Below are positions 1 through 12,302 of a stretch of DNA of 64,000 bases, one piece after another. The DNA lies in assembly GCF_009914755.1 (NCBI RefSeq), contig NC_060930.1; one strand, 5' to 3'. The notes beneath the pieces are model-generated. The model had not been told where the DNA came from. It saw only the letters and a program-made list of their open reading frames with translations, and did no database searches. The DNA is from the human T2T-CHM13v2.0 reference genome, Homo sapiens. The position numbers and the translations under genes are program-made. How positions within the stretch are numbered: position 1 is the first letter of the stretch; every line of letters starts with the position of its first letter.

Positions 1-527
1 TTTGGAGGTTTTTTTTTTCCCAATCACTTTGAGACAAGAAGCAAACATGTGAAGGACTTTACATTCCAACACTCTGTGTCTGAAAATTTACTTTCCTTAA
101 AGTTCTACCCGTGGCCTTGTCCAGCTCAGCTGGGACACCTGGAACTAATTTTAGGGTTGCCTGGCTAAGCCCCACACTGGTATTTGAAGTTTGCGTCCTC
201 CCTAGACTCAAGCCCATTTCACCACCTCTGAAGGTGAGTGCAGGCTGATATTAATTAACAGTGAGTTGATTCACTGGCATCTTCCAGTCATTAAAGCAAA
301 TATTTGGCTTAAAATAGCCTTCTTCCCACCTCAAATATCAAACTTTTTGCCTATTCCCTTACTCTATCATGGTTGACTCACCAGCAGTTGCATGATGGTG
401 TATGTGGCCTAAGAACAGAGTTTGATTCTAAAAGGGAAGTGAAATACTCTTTAACATCTGCAAGTGAGACTGTTTGAACAGCAGGCCAGCCTTCAGTATG
501 ACTACATTGTTTTTCTGTCCATTGTGG

Positions 528-540
528 TGCTGACTCAGCA
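528..540. promoter_or_regulatory. Perfect T-MARE (Maf/BACH2 element) upstream of the promoter
   Basis: TGCTGACTCAGCA exact consensus; AP-1 TGACTCA at 374-380 and EICE GGAAGTGAAA at 435-444 nearby. Confidence 0.75.
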
Positions 541-1037
541 TCAGTTAATAAACCCTCTTGAGCAGGCTGGATTTCTCTTGTTTAATTATCAGCTTGGAGC
601 TTTCTGAGGACTCTTAGGAATTGTTCATTCAGTTTTCCACCCCCAGCAGATCTGCCTTCTAAAAGTCCTGCTTCCTCTTGGTGCTAGCGTCCCCTCTGGC
701 ATAACATGCAATCACAGGTGGGCCACGCAGCAAGCAGCGAGTGTGTGCTAATCATGTCCCCTAGTGGGAATTTAATTGTTCTGTACTGAGAGAGAGATTG
801 CAGCAAGACTTTAGACACCATTTCCTGGCAAATAATCTTTTGCCTCTCCCCCTCTCCCCTAAAAAAAATTCTAGAAAAGTTTTCTAAAAGTGAGAAAAGA
901 AATTTTAAAGATAAACAGACATATTTTTTAGGATTGAGTTGGGCTTTTGTTTTGCTTTGTTTCATTTCTTCCTGTAAACAAATACTCAGATGTCCATTTC
1001 ATTGTATGACTAAGTTGGTATCATTAGGTTGGAACTG

Positions 1038-1078
1038 GGTGTGTGTATGTGGGTGTGTGTGTGGGTGGATGTGTGTGC
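1038..1078. repeat. Imperfect (TG)n microsatellite
   Basis: gtgtgtgtatgtgggtgtgtgtgtgggtggatgtgtgtg. Confidence 0.75.
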
Positions 1079-2039
1079 ACACGTGTATTTAAAATGTTAG
1101 AAAAGACATTGCAGGTCGAAGGAGAAATGATTTTAAAAAAACCTACCTATGGTAAGGCAAGCAGGAAAAATGGAAGACCTGGATTTCAATGATCTAAATA
1201 ATAATTGAAATGGGGTGTTTGCTATAAACATTGTTTCTCTGAATTAAAGGATTCCTTGCTGAAGGCACAAGACCATTGAAGGAAGTAAAGCATCTGGTTT
1301 GTTTTGTAATGAGAAGCAGGAATGCAAGGTCCACGCTCTTAATAATAAACAAACAGGACATTGTATGCCATCATCACAGGATGTCCTTCCTTCAACAGAG
1401 GACTGACTGGGCTGGAGGAAAAGCTGGCCGGGGCTCAGAATAAGCCCCACTAATTACTGCCTCCGACCGCTTTCCACTTGCAGTGATCAGTTCAATATTC
1501 CTCTGAACTGTGAAACGACTAATGCTCTACATTTTACTTACACTCCTGGGAAGTCAGCCTGTGGGTTCTGGGAGGAGAGGAAAGGAAAACAAACAATCTG
1601 TAGAATTATAACTTTTGCCTATTTCCCTATTTACTAAATAGTTAAAAGAGGAAAGTTAGTTCTGCCAAGTTTGAACGTTAGCAGGAGAAACGGAATGTTA
1701 CAACTTTTGGGGCGGGGGGCGGGGAAACGTGCGTTACATACACAACAGCTTGAGGACCAGACAGCTCCACTGTATTACACTAGCTGCAAAAACAATTTAA
1801 CTTGCTCTTTTGAAGTAAGATTTGTGTCTTTTGTACCTGGGGATTTGAGCTGAGAAATCAGAAACTGTGTAGGTAAATTTTAAGTTTCCTTAATTTAAGG
1901 AACGTGCGCCCCCTAATTCTGCCGCGCCAGGAAGGAGGGCGATCTGGAGTGTTTAGAATACAATAGAGCCCAAGTAAGCGTTGAGGTTAAGTGCCTTCAA
2001 AGGGAAGTAAGAAGATTCCAAGTCAATGTTGAAATACAC

Positions 2040-2400
2040 ATGCGAAGAGAGGAAGCTCTCGGCGGCTGTGCTAGCAATCTGGGGGAAAGCCCTGGGCTCG
2101 GCCAGGTGGTGTTGGCCACGTTGGCCACGCCCCCACTTCGCGCAGCCGAGTGGCTAAGGAAATCTTAAGCAGGGAGGGGAAGCCAGACGGTTAACACAGA
2201 CAAAGTGCTGCCGTGACACTCGGCCCTCCAGTGTTGCGGAGAGGCAAGAGCAGCGACCGCGGCACCTGTCCGCCCGGAGCTGGGACGCGGGCGCCCGGGC
2301 GGCCGGACGAAGCGAGGAGGGACCGCCGAGGTGCGCGTCTGTGCGGCTCAGCCTGGCGGGGGACGCGGGGAGAATGTGGACTGGGTAGAGATGAACGAGA
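2040..2400 (+). promoter_or_regulatory. PRDM1-alpha CpG-island promoter and 5'UTR
   Basis: Dense CpGs; kappaB site GGGAAAGCCC 2083-2092; Sp/KLF box GGCCACGCCCCC 2123-2134. Confidence 0.85.
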
Positions 2401-2410
2401 CTTTTCTCAG

Positions 2411-2452
2411 ATGTTGGATATTTGCTTGGAAAAACGTGTGGGTACGACCTTG
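2411..2452 (+). CDS. PRDM1: PRDM1 coding exon 1 (MLDICLEKRVGTTL)
   Basis: ATG at 2411, 42 nt, donor TTG|GTAAGG at 2453; joins exon 2 in frame. Confidence 0.93.
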
Positions 2453-3991
2453 GTAAGGAACTTGAATTTTTTTTTTTTAATTCTGAAATTGATCTGAAAA
2501 CTTTATTTTCTTTTCCTTTATTGTTATTATTATTAATTTTTTTTGGCTAATGTCGCAGTAGAAACATGCTTCTGCTTTAGTGCACTTAGTGCTGTCAAAC
2601 ATTTGTGAGACTTTCCTTATGAATCATTAACCCTTTCAGTTCTAGACATAATTGCCAATTCATTGAAATTTCAGTAGTGGTTCCAGCTCACACTCGTCAA
2701 ACTATTCCGGGTTGGCTGAAGTTTTCTATTTTATTTTATTTTTAACATGTGTTTGGCGTCATGACTCTACATGTTGGAACTAAATAAAAATAAGCAGGTT
2801 TGCTTAAATCATAACTGAGGGAAAAACAACTTTGCATCCAACTTTTTTTTTTTTAAGAGCATCCTATTTAGAGAAGTGGAAGAATGTAAAAACCTCCTTG
2901 AAGGACTTCCACAGAATGTTATGTTTACATTTGAACAAACACACATTCTTACATGGAAATGATACCCATATTCCTCATTTTTATCAAACATGTCTATATG
3001 AGAAAACCCTTACAGAAGTTGTTTACCTTTTTTTGCCTTTGGAAAACAGTTTTTTTCTGAGTGTGAGGGAGGATTTTGGGGGAATATCCTCATCAATGTA
3101 CAAGTGGAAGCAGAGCTTGTCCTCCAAGTCTTCTAAATTTGTTATAACTTTAGTTACAGTAAACTGTAGTACATCAGTGACTTCTGGGAATTCATACACT
3201 TTCAGATTTAAATGGAAAGTGCTATTTGTAGCTGAGGACTCCTAAAGGAATTCTCTCCAGGGAATTTTATTAAACGGTTTTATGTTTTGTTTTTGCCTTT
3301 TCAATTTGGTATGAGATGCTTGCAAGTCAGAAGACACTGCAGGCTGTTTTCCCCTTCACCCATTTTTCCTCCTCTTTTCCTGTGGTCCAAGTGATTTCTA
3401 AGAGGCCGTAGCTCAGTGATGCTGGCAGGATGCAACCCTTTTCAGTCTTCCATGTGAGAGGATGAAAGAGAGCTCGCAGCAGAGGGAGGAGGCAGTTGTT
3501 TTGAAAGTTGTTTTGCGTTGGGAGCTGGTGGGAAAGTTCGGTCTTCCCCATTTGGAAAAGGCAGGCTGGGTTCCGCTCCTGCACCACACGCGCTTTCCAT
3601 TTTTAGCTTCATTCAGAGGCAGACAGAGCTCCTTCCTCTTCCTCTCCTTGTTTGTGACACTTTTCTGAGGCAGCTTTTCCACAGTGCCGAGGGTCTGGCG
3701 GCCATGACCCCAGGCATTCTGGGACACTGGACTGTGTGCCCAGAACATTTTTCTGCCATGAGAGGTAAAGCCAGGGATTGTTCAGAGGTGATTCTTTTTT
3801 TTTTTTTCCTTTTCCCCACAGTGAGGTTGCCACATTCTTTTTTTTTTTTTTTTTTTTAACTAAGAGTAGCATTTAAAAACCTTGCTTCTTTTCAAGGCAG
3901 TTTACTTTATACGGCTTCTTGGCTCTTTCTCAACTGTACCAAGCACTCTGCATCTGCTTTTAAAGTCTTCAGACTACTGTATTAGTCATAG

Positions 3992-4369
<378 letters not shown>

Positions 4370-7355
4370 TGAGGCCTTGTATATCTCTGAAAACCTCTGA
4401 GAATCTGTAAGTATCAGTAAATAATTGATTGCTCTATTCAATTCTTGCATTGCTTTCTCTTTCCCTAAACCATTTCCTTCTCATTTCTTCCAGCCTTCAA
4501 CTGTTCCTCACTAATTAGTAAACAGTTAAATATTTTGGCAAATTGGCATGTCTTAGAAAAGCAACTTGCAGCATAGGGTGGGTGAAATTGTCAGTGAACT
4601 TCAAGAAAGCTCTGGGCCCACTGGCCCTAGTGTCCCTGTTGTACAATATCTCTTAAGGGAGAAAACTTTTTCTTGGAAAAAAAAGTTTTAATATTTCTTT
4701 TGTCTGTCTTTGGTAATTAGTTGGCTTTACTCTTTTTAACAAGCCAGCTTTATTAGCTGGGTTTCTAAAACTATCCTCAAAACTTTGACGTGTTTATGAA
4801 GTGAAGTGATGGTATAAGCCGAGAAAGGGGGTCATGTAAAAGTGTCCTCTGTCTGGATGACTTCAGAGCTAACCACTGTTTATCTGCAGCAGCTCCTTTG
4901 CTGGGGCTGGGCTGGCAGGCCAATTCCTTACTGGCCTCTGAAGTGGGTACACTCTTTGTTGTTTCAAAGGGGATGAAAACCCAAACTTGGAATGAGCAAC
5001 TGATTTGTGTTTACCTTTAATATAAAGATTATAGCTAGGCGTGATGTTTAGCTGTGAAATAACTTGCAGAACCACCTCTTGTTTTCAGAATTTGGCTTAC
5101 TGTAGTTGCACTTACTAGTCTACTACTGGGTTGAGTTGAATGAAAGGACCCCTCAGCAGACTTCCCATACCACCATTAGCACAGAGCACTGTCAATTCTA
5201 TTACTTCCTTCAGAAAGTAGGGAAAGGGGATGGTTGGCCGTAGAAATCCAGAATTTGCTACTGGGACTATTCCTTACAGCCGTGTCAAATCACTTTCCCC
5301 CTTCCCTAAGGAACAGTATTTGAAGGAATCCGGGAGACTAGGAAATGCTTTGTCTCTTTCCTGTTTGTGTGTCTGAGTCCAGTGTTTTTGGTGAGGGGGA
5401 GACACAGCTGTCTAAAATTAAATAGAACAACGATGCTCAGTCTTTCTTTTTTCCCCCACTGCTGCGTGAATGGAGGCAGATTTTATAAAAAATAAAATTT
5501 AAATTCTAGTTGTAGTTGAATGTTACCAAAAAATTTAACCCCAGAGGTCAGCCTTAATTATACCTCTTCCTGAAAGTAATGCTCTTCTTATAGAAAGTCT
5601 CTCAATATGTGGCCCTTGGAATGAATGTAGGATTTGTTTGGGTATATGAGGTTTGACTATGGCTTTAAAAAGTGTAGTGTGTTTTTTCCCCATATCAAGT
5701 TTGACCAAATATTCGTCTGTTCCCAAGCTTCGTTTGTGCTGTGTTGCCCTGTCCAGTCCTTTGGGACTGAAGTAAAAATCTCCATTCTGTGGGTCATCTT
5801 TGCCTTTTAATTCTATAATGTTCTTATCGTCAGTTCAGCTCTTAGCTTAAGTTTTTCAATTTCCGTCATTCTCCTTTAAAATCATAGCTAAGTCAAGTAA
5901 TGCTCTTAGATCATTTAGTTCAAGGTTCAGAAAGACAGTCACTTACCCAAAGGCATATAGGTAAAGCCAGACCGGGGACTTGAAGCAAAGCTTTTCTGAC
6001 TTCTCCAATGAGTGCTTCTCGATTATGCTACACTGGCCCCTCTTGGTGTCACTGTGGTTTTAGTTATCATCTTAATATATTTCAGACCAATCCTTAAGCT
6101 ATTTTGTGTTTTTTTCCCTCTGAATGTATAACTTCCTATTTCAATATATTAAGCAACCAAAAAACAGACAATGCCTGTGTTCCTGAAGAAGGTCCTTCGA
6201 AACTAACCTAAGAGGTGAGGGTTCTCTTATCCTATTTCCCTATCTTGCATTTAACTGAAGCGCTTGAATAGAGGATAGTATGTCTTTAAACCCTAATCAT
6301 AAAGTCAAGCAAGGAGTAAACTTGAATGTAATACTGTCTTAAGCTTACTCTGGAATTTGTACCTGTTTTTCTGTTTCTCTCCTTTGTTTTTGAACTTTGG
6401 GAAAGGACAGCTTCCTTTAGAAGGTGAAAGAGGATGGTGGAGTTGAGCCATTAAGGGTAGGATAGCTGCAAACTAGTTCCGGGACAGCAACATTAAGGAT
6501 TGATGAAATGTTTACATTATCTTTATTCAGTTAGTTCTTTAAGTTCCATGAGCCATTGAAATAGGAAGAGTCTTTCTACATGTACTTTTTATCTGACTTA
6601 TTAATCTTGCCCTTCTTTAAATGTTTTCGTTTAAATAGCAAAAGATGTTACAATATGTACTATTGTGCTGACATACCGGGGAATTTTTTTTTTACAAGAC
6701 CATTTTTCATTATGAATTTGTACCATGTGTCAGCACCTTTTTTTTTTTTTTGGTTAAAACAAAACATACAAATCATATTTCTGATCTTGACCCTCATTTT
6801 TAGATTGGGTTTAGAATCATTCTGCACCTTTAATGAAAAACTGTTCTTACTTCCTATTTCCAGAACTGAAATCAAATATAGACCTACTATTCAAAACTTT
6901 GAAAATGTTTTAAACTGATGGGTTATTCTTTTATGGGGGTTTTCCCCTTGTCCTCCTGAAATAATCTCTTATGACTACTTGACTACAGAAAAATCAGTTC
7001 AAGCATTTATATTTTAGAAGCGTTACCCTGTAGAGTTTCTGCCGTCGGTTGAGACTGCTTGCACTCAAGAGGCACTGTGGCTCTGTGAGTCTCACCTCCC
7101 TGTATCGTGGCTGATAAACATCAGACAGATTGTGAGGACTCCTTTGGTGTCCATTCTGATCGAAATCCATTATTAACTCAAGCCATCTGTAAAAAGTATC
7201 TCACCATAACATGCAATTCTCTCTTCATGTTGCCTTTTATTTGAGAAATGATGTACCAAGGCATCACCATGTCTCCTTTAATAGAAAGATAATGAAGAAG
7301 GAAACCTTCTCCAAACAACTTTGTTCACTTCACTCCTTTTAAAAATGGGGTGATT

Positions 7356-7719
7356 GCCGGGCGCGGTGGCTCACGCCTGTAATCCCAGCACTTTGGGAGG
7401 CTGAGGACAGCAGATCACCTGAGGTCAGGAGTTCAAGACCAGCCTAGCCAACATGGTGAAACCCCATCTCTACTAAAAATACAAAAATTAGCCGGGCGTG
7501 GTGGTGGGCGCCTGTAATCCCAGCTACCTGAGAGGCTGAGGTAGGAGAATCGCTTGAACCTGGGAGGTGGAGTGAGCCGAGATCGTGCCATTGCACTCCA
7601 GCCCAGGCAACGAGAGTGAAACTCTGTTTCAAAATAAATAAGTAAATAAATGCCATTGCACTCCAGCCCAGGCAACAAGAGCAAAACCCTGTTTCTAAAT
7701 AAATAAAATAAAATAAAAA
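7356..7719 (+). mobile_element. AluS with tandemly duplicated 3' end
   Basis: GCCGGGCGCGGTGGCTCACGCC head; TSD aaaaatg(g/a)ggtgattg at 7341 and 7715. Confidence 0.93.
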
Positions 7720-10478
7720 TGAGGTGATTGCAGGCTGAAGGTCTTGGTCACTACTGAGTTCTAGTTCTCTCAAGACAAATATTCATATGGTCAAAACAGA
7801 ATTATAATCTAACGAGTCATTCTTATAGAGTGGGATTCGGGGAGGGAAAACAGATAGCTAGTAATTTAAATGATCTTAATGTAATTTGGGGAGAGGATGA
7901 TCAGATGACATTTAGACTTGGATATAGTTTCTGCTTCAAACCCACGCTGTGTGTGTCTGTTTGCATACTCTCTAAAGAAGGAATTTGAAAAAAAAAAAAA
8001 AAAACAAACCTATATTGTCCTTGTTATCAGCCTTCCATTAAGCGCTCCAACTCAACCCATCCTAAGCTGTCAAATCTCCTTCATTGTGTAAAATTGAAAA
8101 GAAGCCCTGTGTTTTGTCCGGAAGCTGTGGAAACTGTGGACGGCGGGGTGTGTTCTGTAACTGAGGCCACAGACAGAAACAAATCTGCTCAAGTGGTGGA
8201 GGGGTCTGCACCGCACATAAAGAGCTTCTGTGGGAGCAGGTGAAGCAAGGAGGTATTGAAGCCGGGTGTCCTCTTGCTGTTGAGTTTATAGAAGGCACAG
8301 AGCGGCCTGTCCCCAGCAGTAATTCTTTAGGACCCTGGTCAGTTCCAGTGAAGTTTCCTTCTTGAGTTAGGTGAACACATTCTTTGTCTTTTTAGCACTG
8401 TGAAGTTTAAGCTACACACCAAGTTCCTCCTTAGTATTTGCTTGGTTCAAAGATAAACTGTTACAAACTATGGGTCAGGGAGATGGGTAGTCTAAGATGC
8501 ACATTCTGGATCTTTCTAGGACCAGAGGGAGACTTAGTACTTGGTTTTTTCACTTCCCTTTAAAAACAATCCTGGTTCCTGTTCCCCCTCCAAAGTTACC
8601 TGGACAAGCACCATAGTCTTAGAGTTTCAGCTTTTATGGCGTCTGTGTCTCAGACGTGCATTTGAGATGAAGATGTTTACTGTATATTAGAACGCTAGAC
8701 TTAGAATGGATATAGGTGGTTTGTAAGTGCCTTCCAGTTTTGAAATTTTATGATTTTGTATCTTTATCTATAGGTGTGAGTTTATATGTGCCCTATAGCA
8801 CTGTATGTAATTGAAATTTAAAATATTAGGGCGCTCTGTCCCTTTCCTAATGATAAGCTAATATTGAAGCTCTTTAATTTGTCTGGGGTTTGAGGATTAT
8901 CATAGACCTCTCTTCTACCACAGAGCCTTCTCTTTTTAATTGTTCTCCTGTCTTGCCTGTTGAATTGAATTTGTAAGGTTAGAGATGGCAAGAGCTACTT
9001 CCGGTGCTGCTTTATAGCTTACTAGTGATGAGTCTATAGTTGTGCTCAAATAGGTATTGGGTAGCTTATGCTTTCTAGTTGACTTCTTTTTGGGCACAAG
9101 AAAATGTGTGTAAGATGGATAACTGAAAACCTAGAGGCCCATTCTGTAAAAGAATGGCAATTTGGAAGAAGAACCACGACCTCAGTGCAGTGCTCCGTTT
9201 TGGTAATCAAGCTCTGACTCCCAAGACACCATCTGTAAGAGACTATAATTTAAAACAAAGTTGATGAACCAGTTGAGTGCCTTTCTTAAAATTACTGTTG
9301 TAAAGTAGATATGTTGAAAATATCAACTGCTAATTATTGGCTCACCAACAAATGGCATGATTTGTTTTTCCTGTTTGTCATTCTAATATTATGGAATAAT
9401 CACTGAAATATGAATGTTAAATGATTTGCATGTCATAGAATTCAATTCCATTAATTTTCCAAATTAATTAGATTCAATAATAATATGTCCAAAACAATGA
9501 GCCTCTGAATAAGTCTACTAAAGCTTTAAATATATATATTTATATCTCAAGACTGCTCTGAGATACTCTTGTCCCCAGTAGTTTTACTGCCAACAAATAC
9601 CAATAATGACAAACGGTGATTAAAAGGGCAGATAGATGTAAATGAAGGCAGAGGAGGAGGATGAAATGAACATCTGCTTTTTTCAGCTCTCTGACAGAAA
9701 TTCTTAAAGGACCAAAAATAACACTCTTGTTTCAACTTATGTTAGGTGTAGGAAAATTTTCTTTTTTTCTCTTTCCAGTCTGAGTATGCTTCATTGATTT
9801 GTATATTGAATACTAAATTGTTTTAGAAAAAAAAATCATTGGCTGATAAGACACTTAAATGAGAAAAGCTAGTCTGTCACAGGCATGTAGGTGTGCCATA
9901 TCTATTTAAATAGAGGTTTAAATTATTGATGAGACTTAATGAGGAACTGGTGTATATTGTAACCAAAATTGTAGATTCCACTGTGAACAATCTGTGCATG
10001 GATCGATTCACATATTTGAGTCTACCATTTCAGGTACATGAATGTACAGGAGCTACTGGGAATATAAAAACTGGAAAATAAACATTATCATCTATTACCA
10101 CTCCCTCCTCCTTGGTCCATTTTAGTAAAGAATTCAGTAAAGTGATAGGTAGGCTATCTTGAATGAGAAGAAAATAAAACTAGGAAAGTGAGAGAATAAA
10201 AACCAAAACAAAACTGTAACTGCAAACTGTTGTAAAGGACTACTCACAGAGGAGTTCTATTGAATAGTGACGAATTGCTTCCTGATTCACGGTTGGTGAT
10301 TTTTTTACCCCTTCAAAGAGAAATTTATTATTAAGGAGGAACTGGTATAGTTAACATGTTTCTTTAGCAAGGCCCCACAAAGTTAAAATGTGTGATGCAT
10401 CCAGTCTGAGGTCATTTCCTCAGATCTTAGAACCTACAGCTTTCCTCCGTATAAACTTAATTTCAAAGGAGGGCTTTT

Positions 10479-10787
10479 GGCCAGGCATGGTGGCTCAGCC
10501 TGTAATCTCAGCACTTTGGGAGGCCGAGGTGGGAGGATCGCTTGAGTCCAGGAGTTTGAGACAAGGCTGGGCAACATGGTGAGACCCCTTCTCAACAATA
10601 ACAACAAAAATTAGCTGGGCGTGATGGTGCATGCCTGTAGTCCCAGCTACTCAGGAGGCTGAGGTGGGAGGATCTCTTGATCCCAGGAGGTCAAGGCTGC
10701 AATGAGCTAAGATCAAGCCACTGCATTCCAGCCTGAGTGATAGTGGGAGACCTTGTCTTTAAAACACAAACACACACACACACACAC
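10479..10787 (+). mobile_element. AluJ with tail converted to (CA)n
   Basis: AluJ-type GGGAGGATCGCTTGAG and GGTCAAGGCTGCA; TSD-like gagggc(t/c)tttg on both sides. Confidence 0.9.
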
Positions 10788-11471
10788 GAGGGCCTTTGAC
10801 CACTCTTGAGTAGAAGACTCGAGAAGAACAAAGTAGAAGGCCAGAGAAGAACAAAGTTACTTGAAAGATCTCTTATTAAAGAGAATGTACAAGCTATGAA
10901 AAAAAAAAAACACACACACACACACACAAACCTCATCTGGAATGAAAAAAACATAATGCATTTGGTTTCTGGTTCCTTAGGCTGTTATGGAACAACCAAA
11001 GAACATTATTTTGGTTTCTGAGGTCAGAACTATTTTATTCCCCTCAAGCACACTATGCTTATGGTTTGAGGGAGAATGAGAAATAGGAAACTAGGAACAG
11101 GCTGAAATGGTCTAATCTTGACCATCTAATTCTGCAGTGTCTTATTCTCATTCTAAAAGAGAATGGTTATATTCGCTGTTCTAGCATAAAAAGTAATGAT
11201 AAAAATAAAAGATCCCGTATTACCAGACAATAATCCCCTAGACTGTTTTAATGCTTGGTTGAGTATTTGCTTATGATCTCAGACTTTAAAAGATGGTCTC
11301 CCCCTATGGTGAAGCTTGTTAATTATGTAGGCATCATTAATGTCTGTTTACTTATCAAAATTTTATCATTGTTAGTTGTATTACTACTTGACAGTCCAAT
11401 TTATTTAATTGAAAAGATTGGTTAACATTTTATAGTCAAAGTAATTGTTTCCTGTGTTTTTTCCTGTTTAG

Positions 11472-11627
<156 letters not shown>

Positions 11628-11976
11628 TAGGAAAAAATGGAGCTAAAAGAGCTGGGTGGCTCACCTTTCTCATCCTGTGCTGAGAAATGCTGGGGCTCAC
11701 CCATAAGTATCCAGCATCCCCATGGACACAGGGAATTCTGAACAAATGTGATGAAACCGATGAAATGTCTGGCCTGTAGGTGGTTAGTGATGGAGATACG
11801 GGCTATATGTGAATCTTGATTTTTGCAATTCATTAGAGCTTTGTAATGAAAGGAAACAGTTTGTTGCTTGCTTTAAGGATAGGTTCATTTGCATTTCTCC
11901 GCAAGGAAGTAGTAATGAGTTACCAAGCCTTAGATTTCACCCCTTTTTGATTTCTTGCTGACTTAACTTTAATTGA

Positions 11977-12302
<326 letters not shown>

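Noticed and set aside
2213-2497. GTG-initiated in-frame N-terminal extension of PRDM1
   Set aside because: The frame is open, but GC-rich UTRs often lack stops, the GTG context is poor and nothing else supports it
2832-3245. 137-aa ORF in intron 1
   Set aside because: TTG start, low-complexity composition, no domain or splice support
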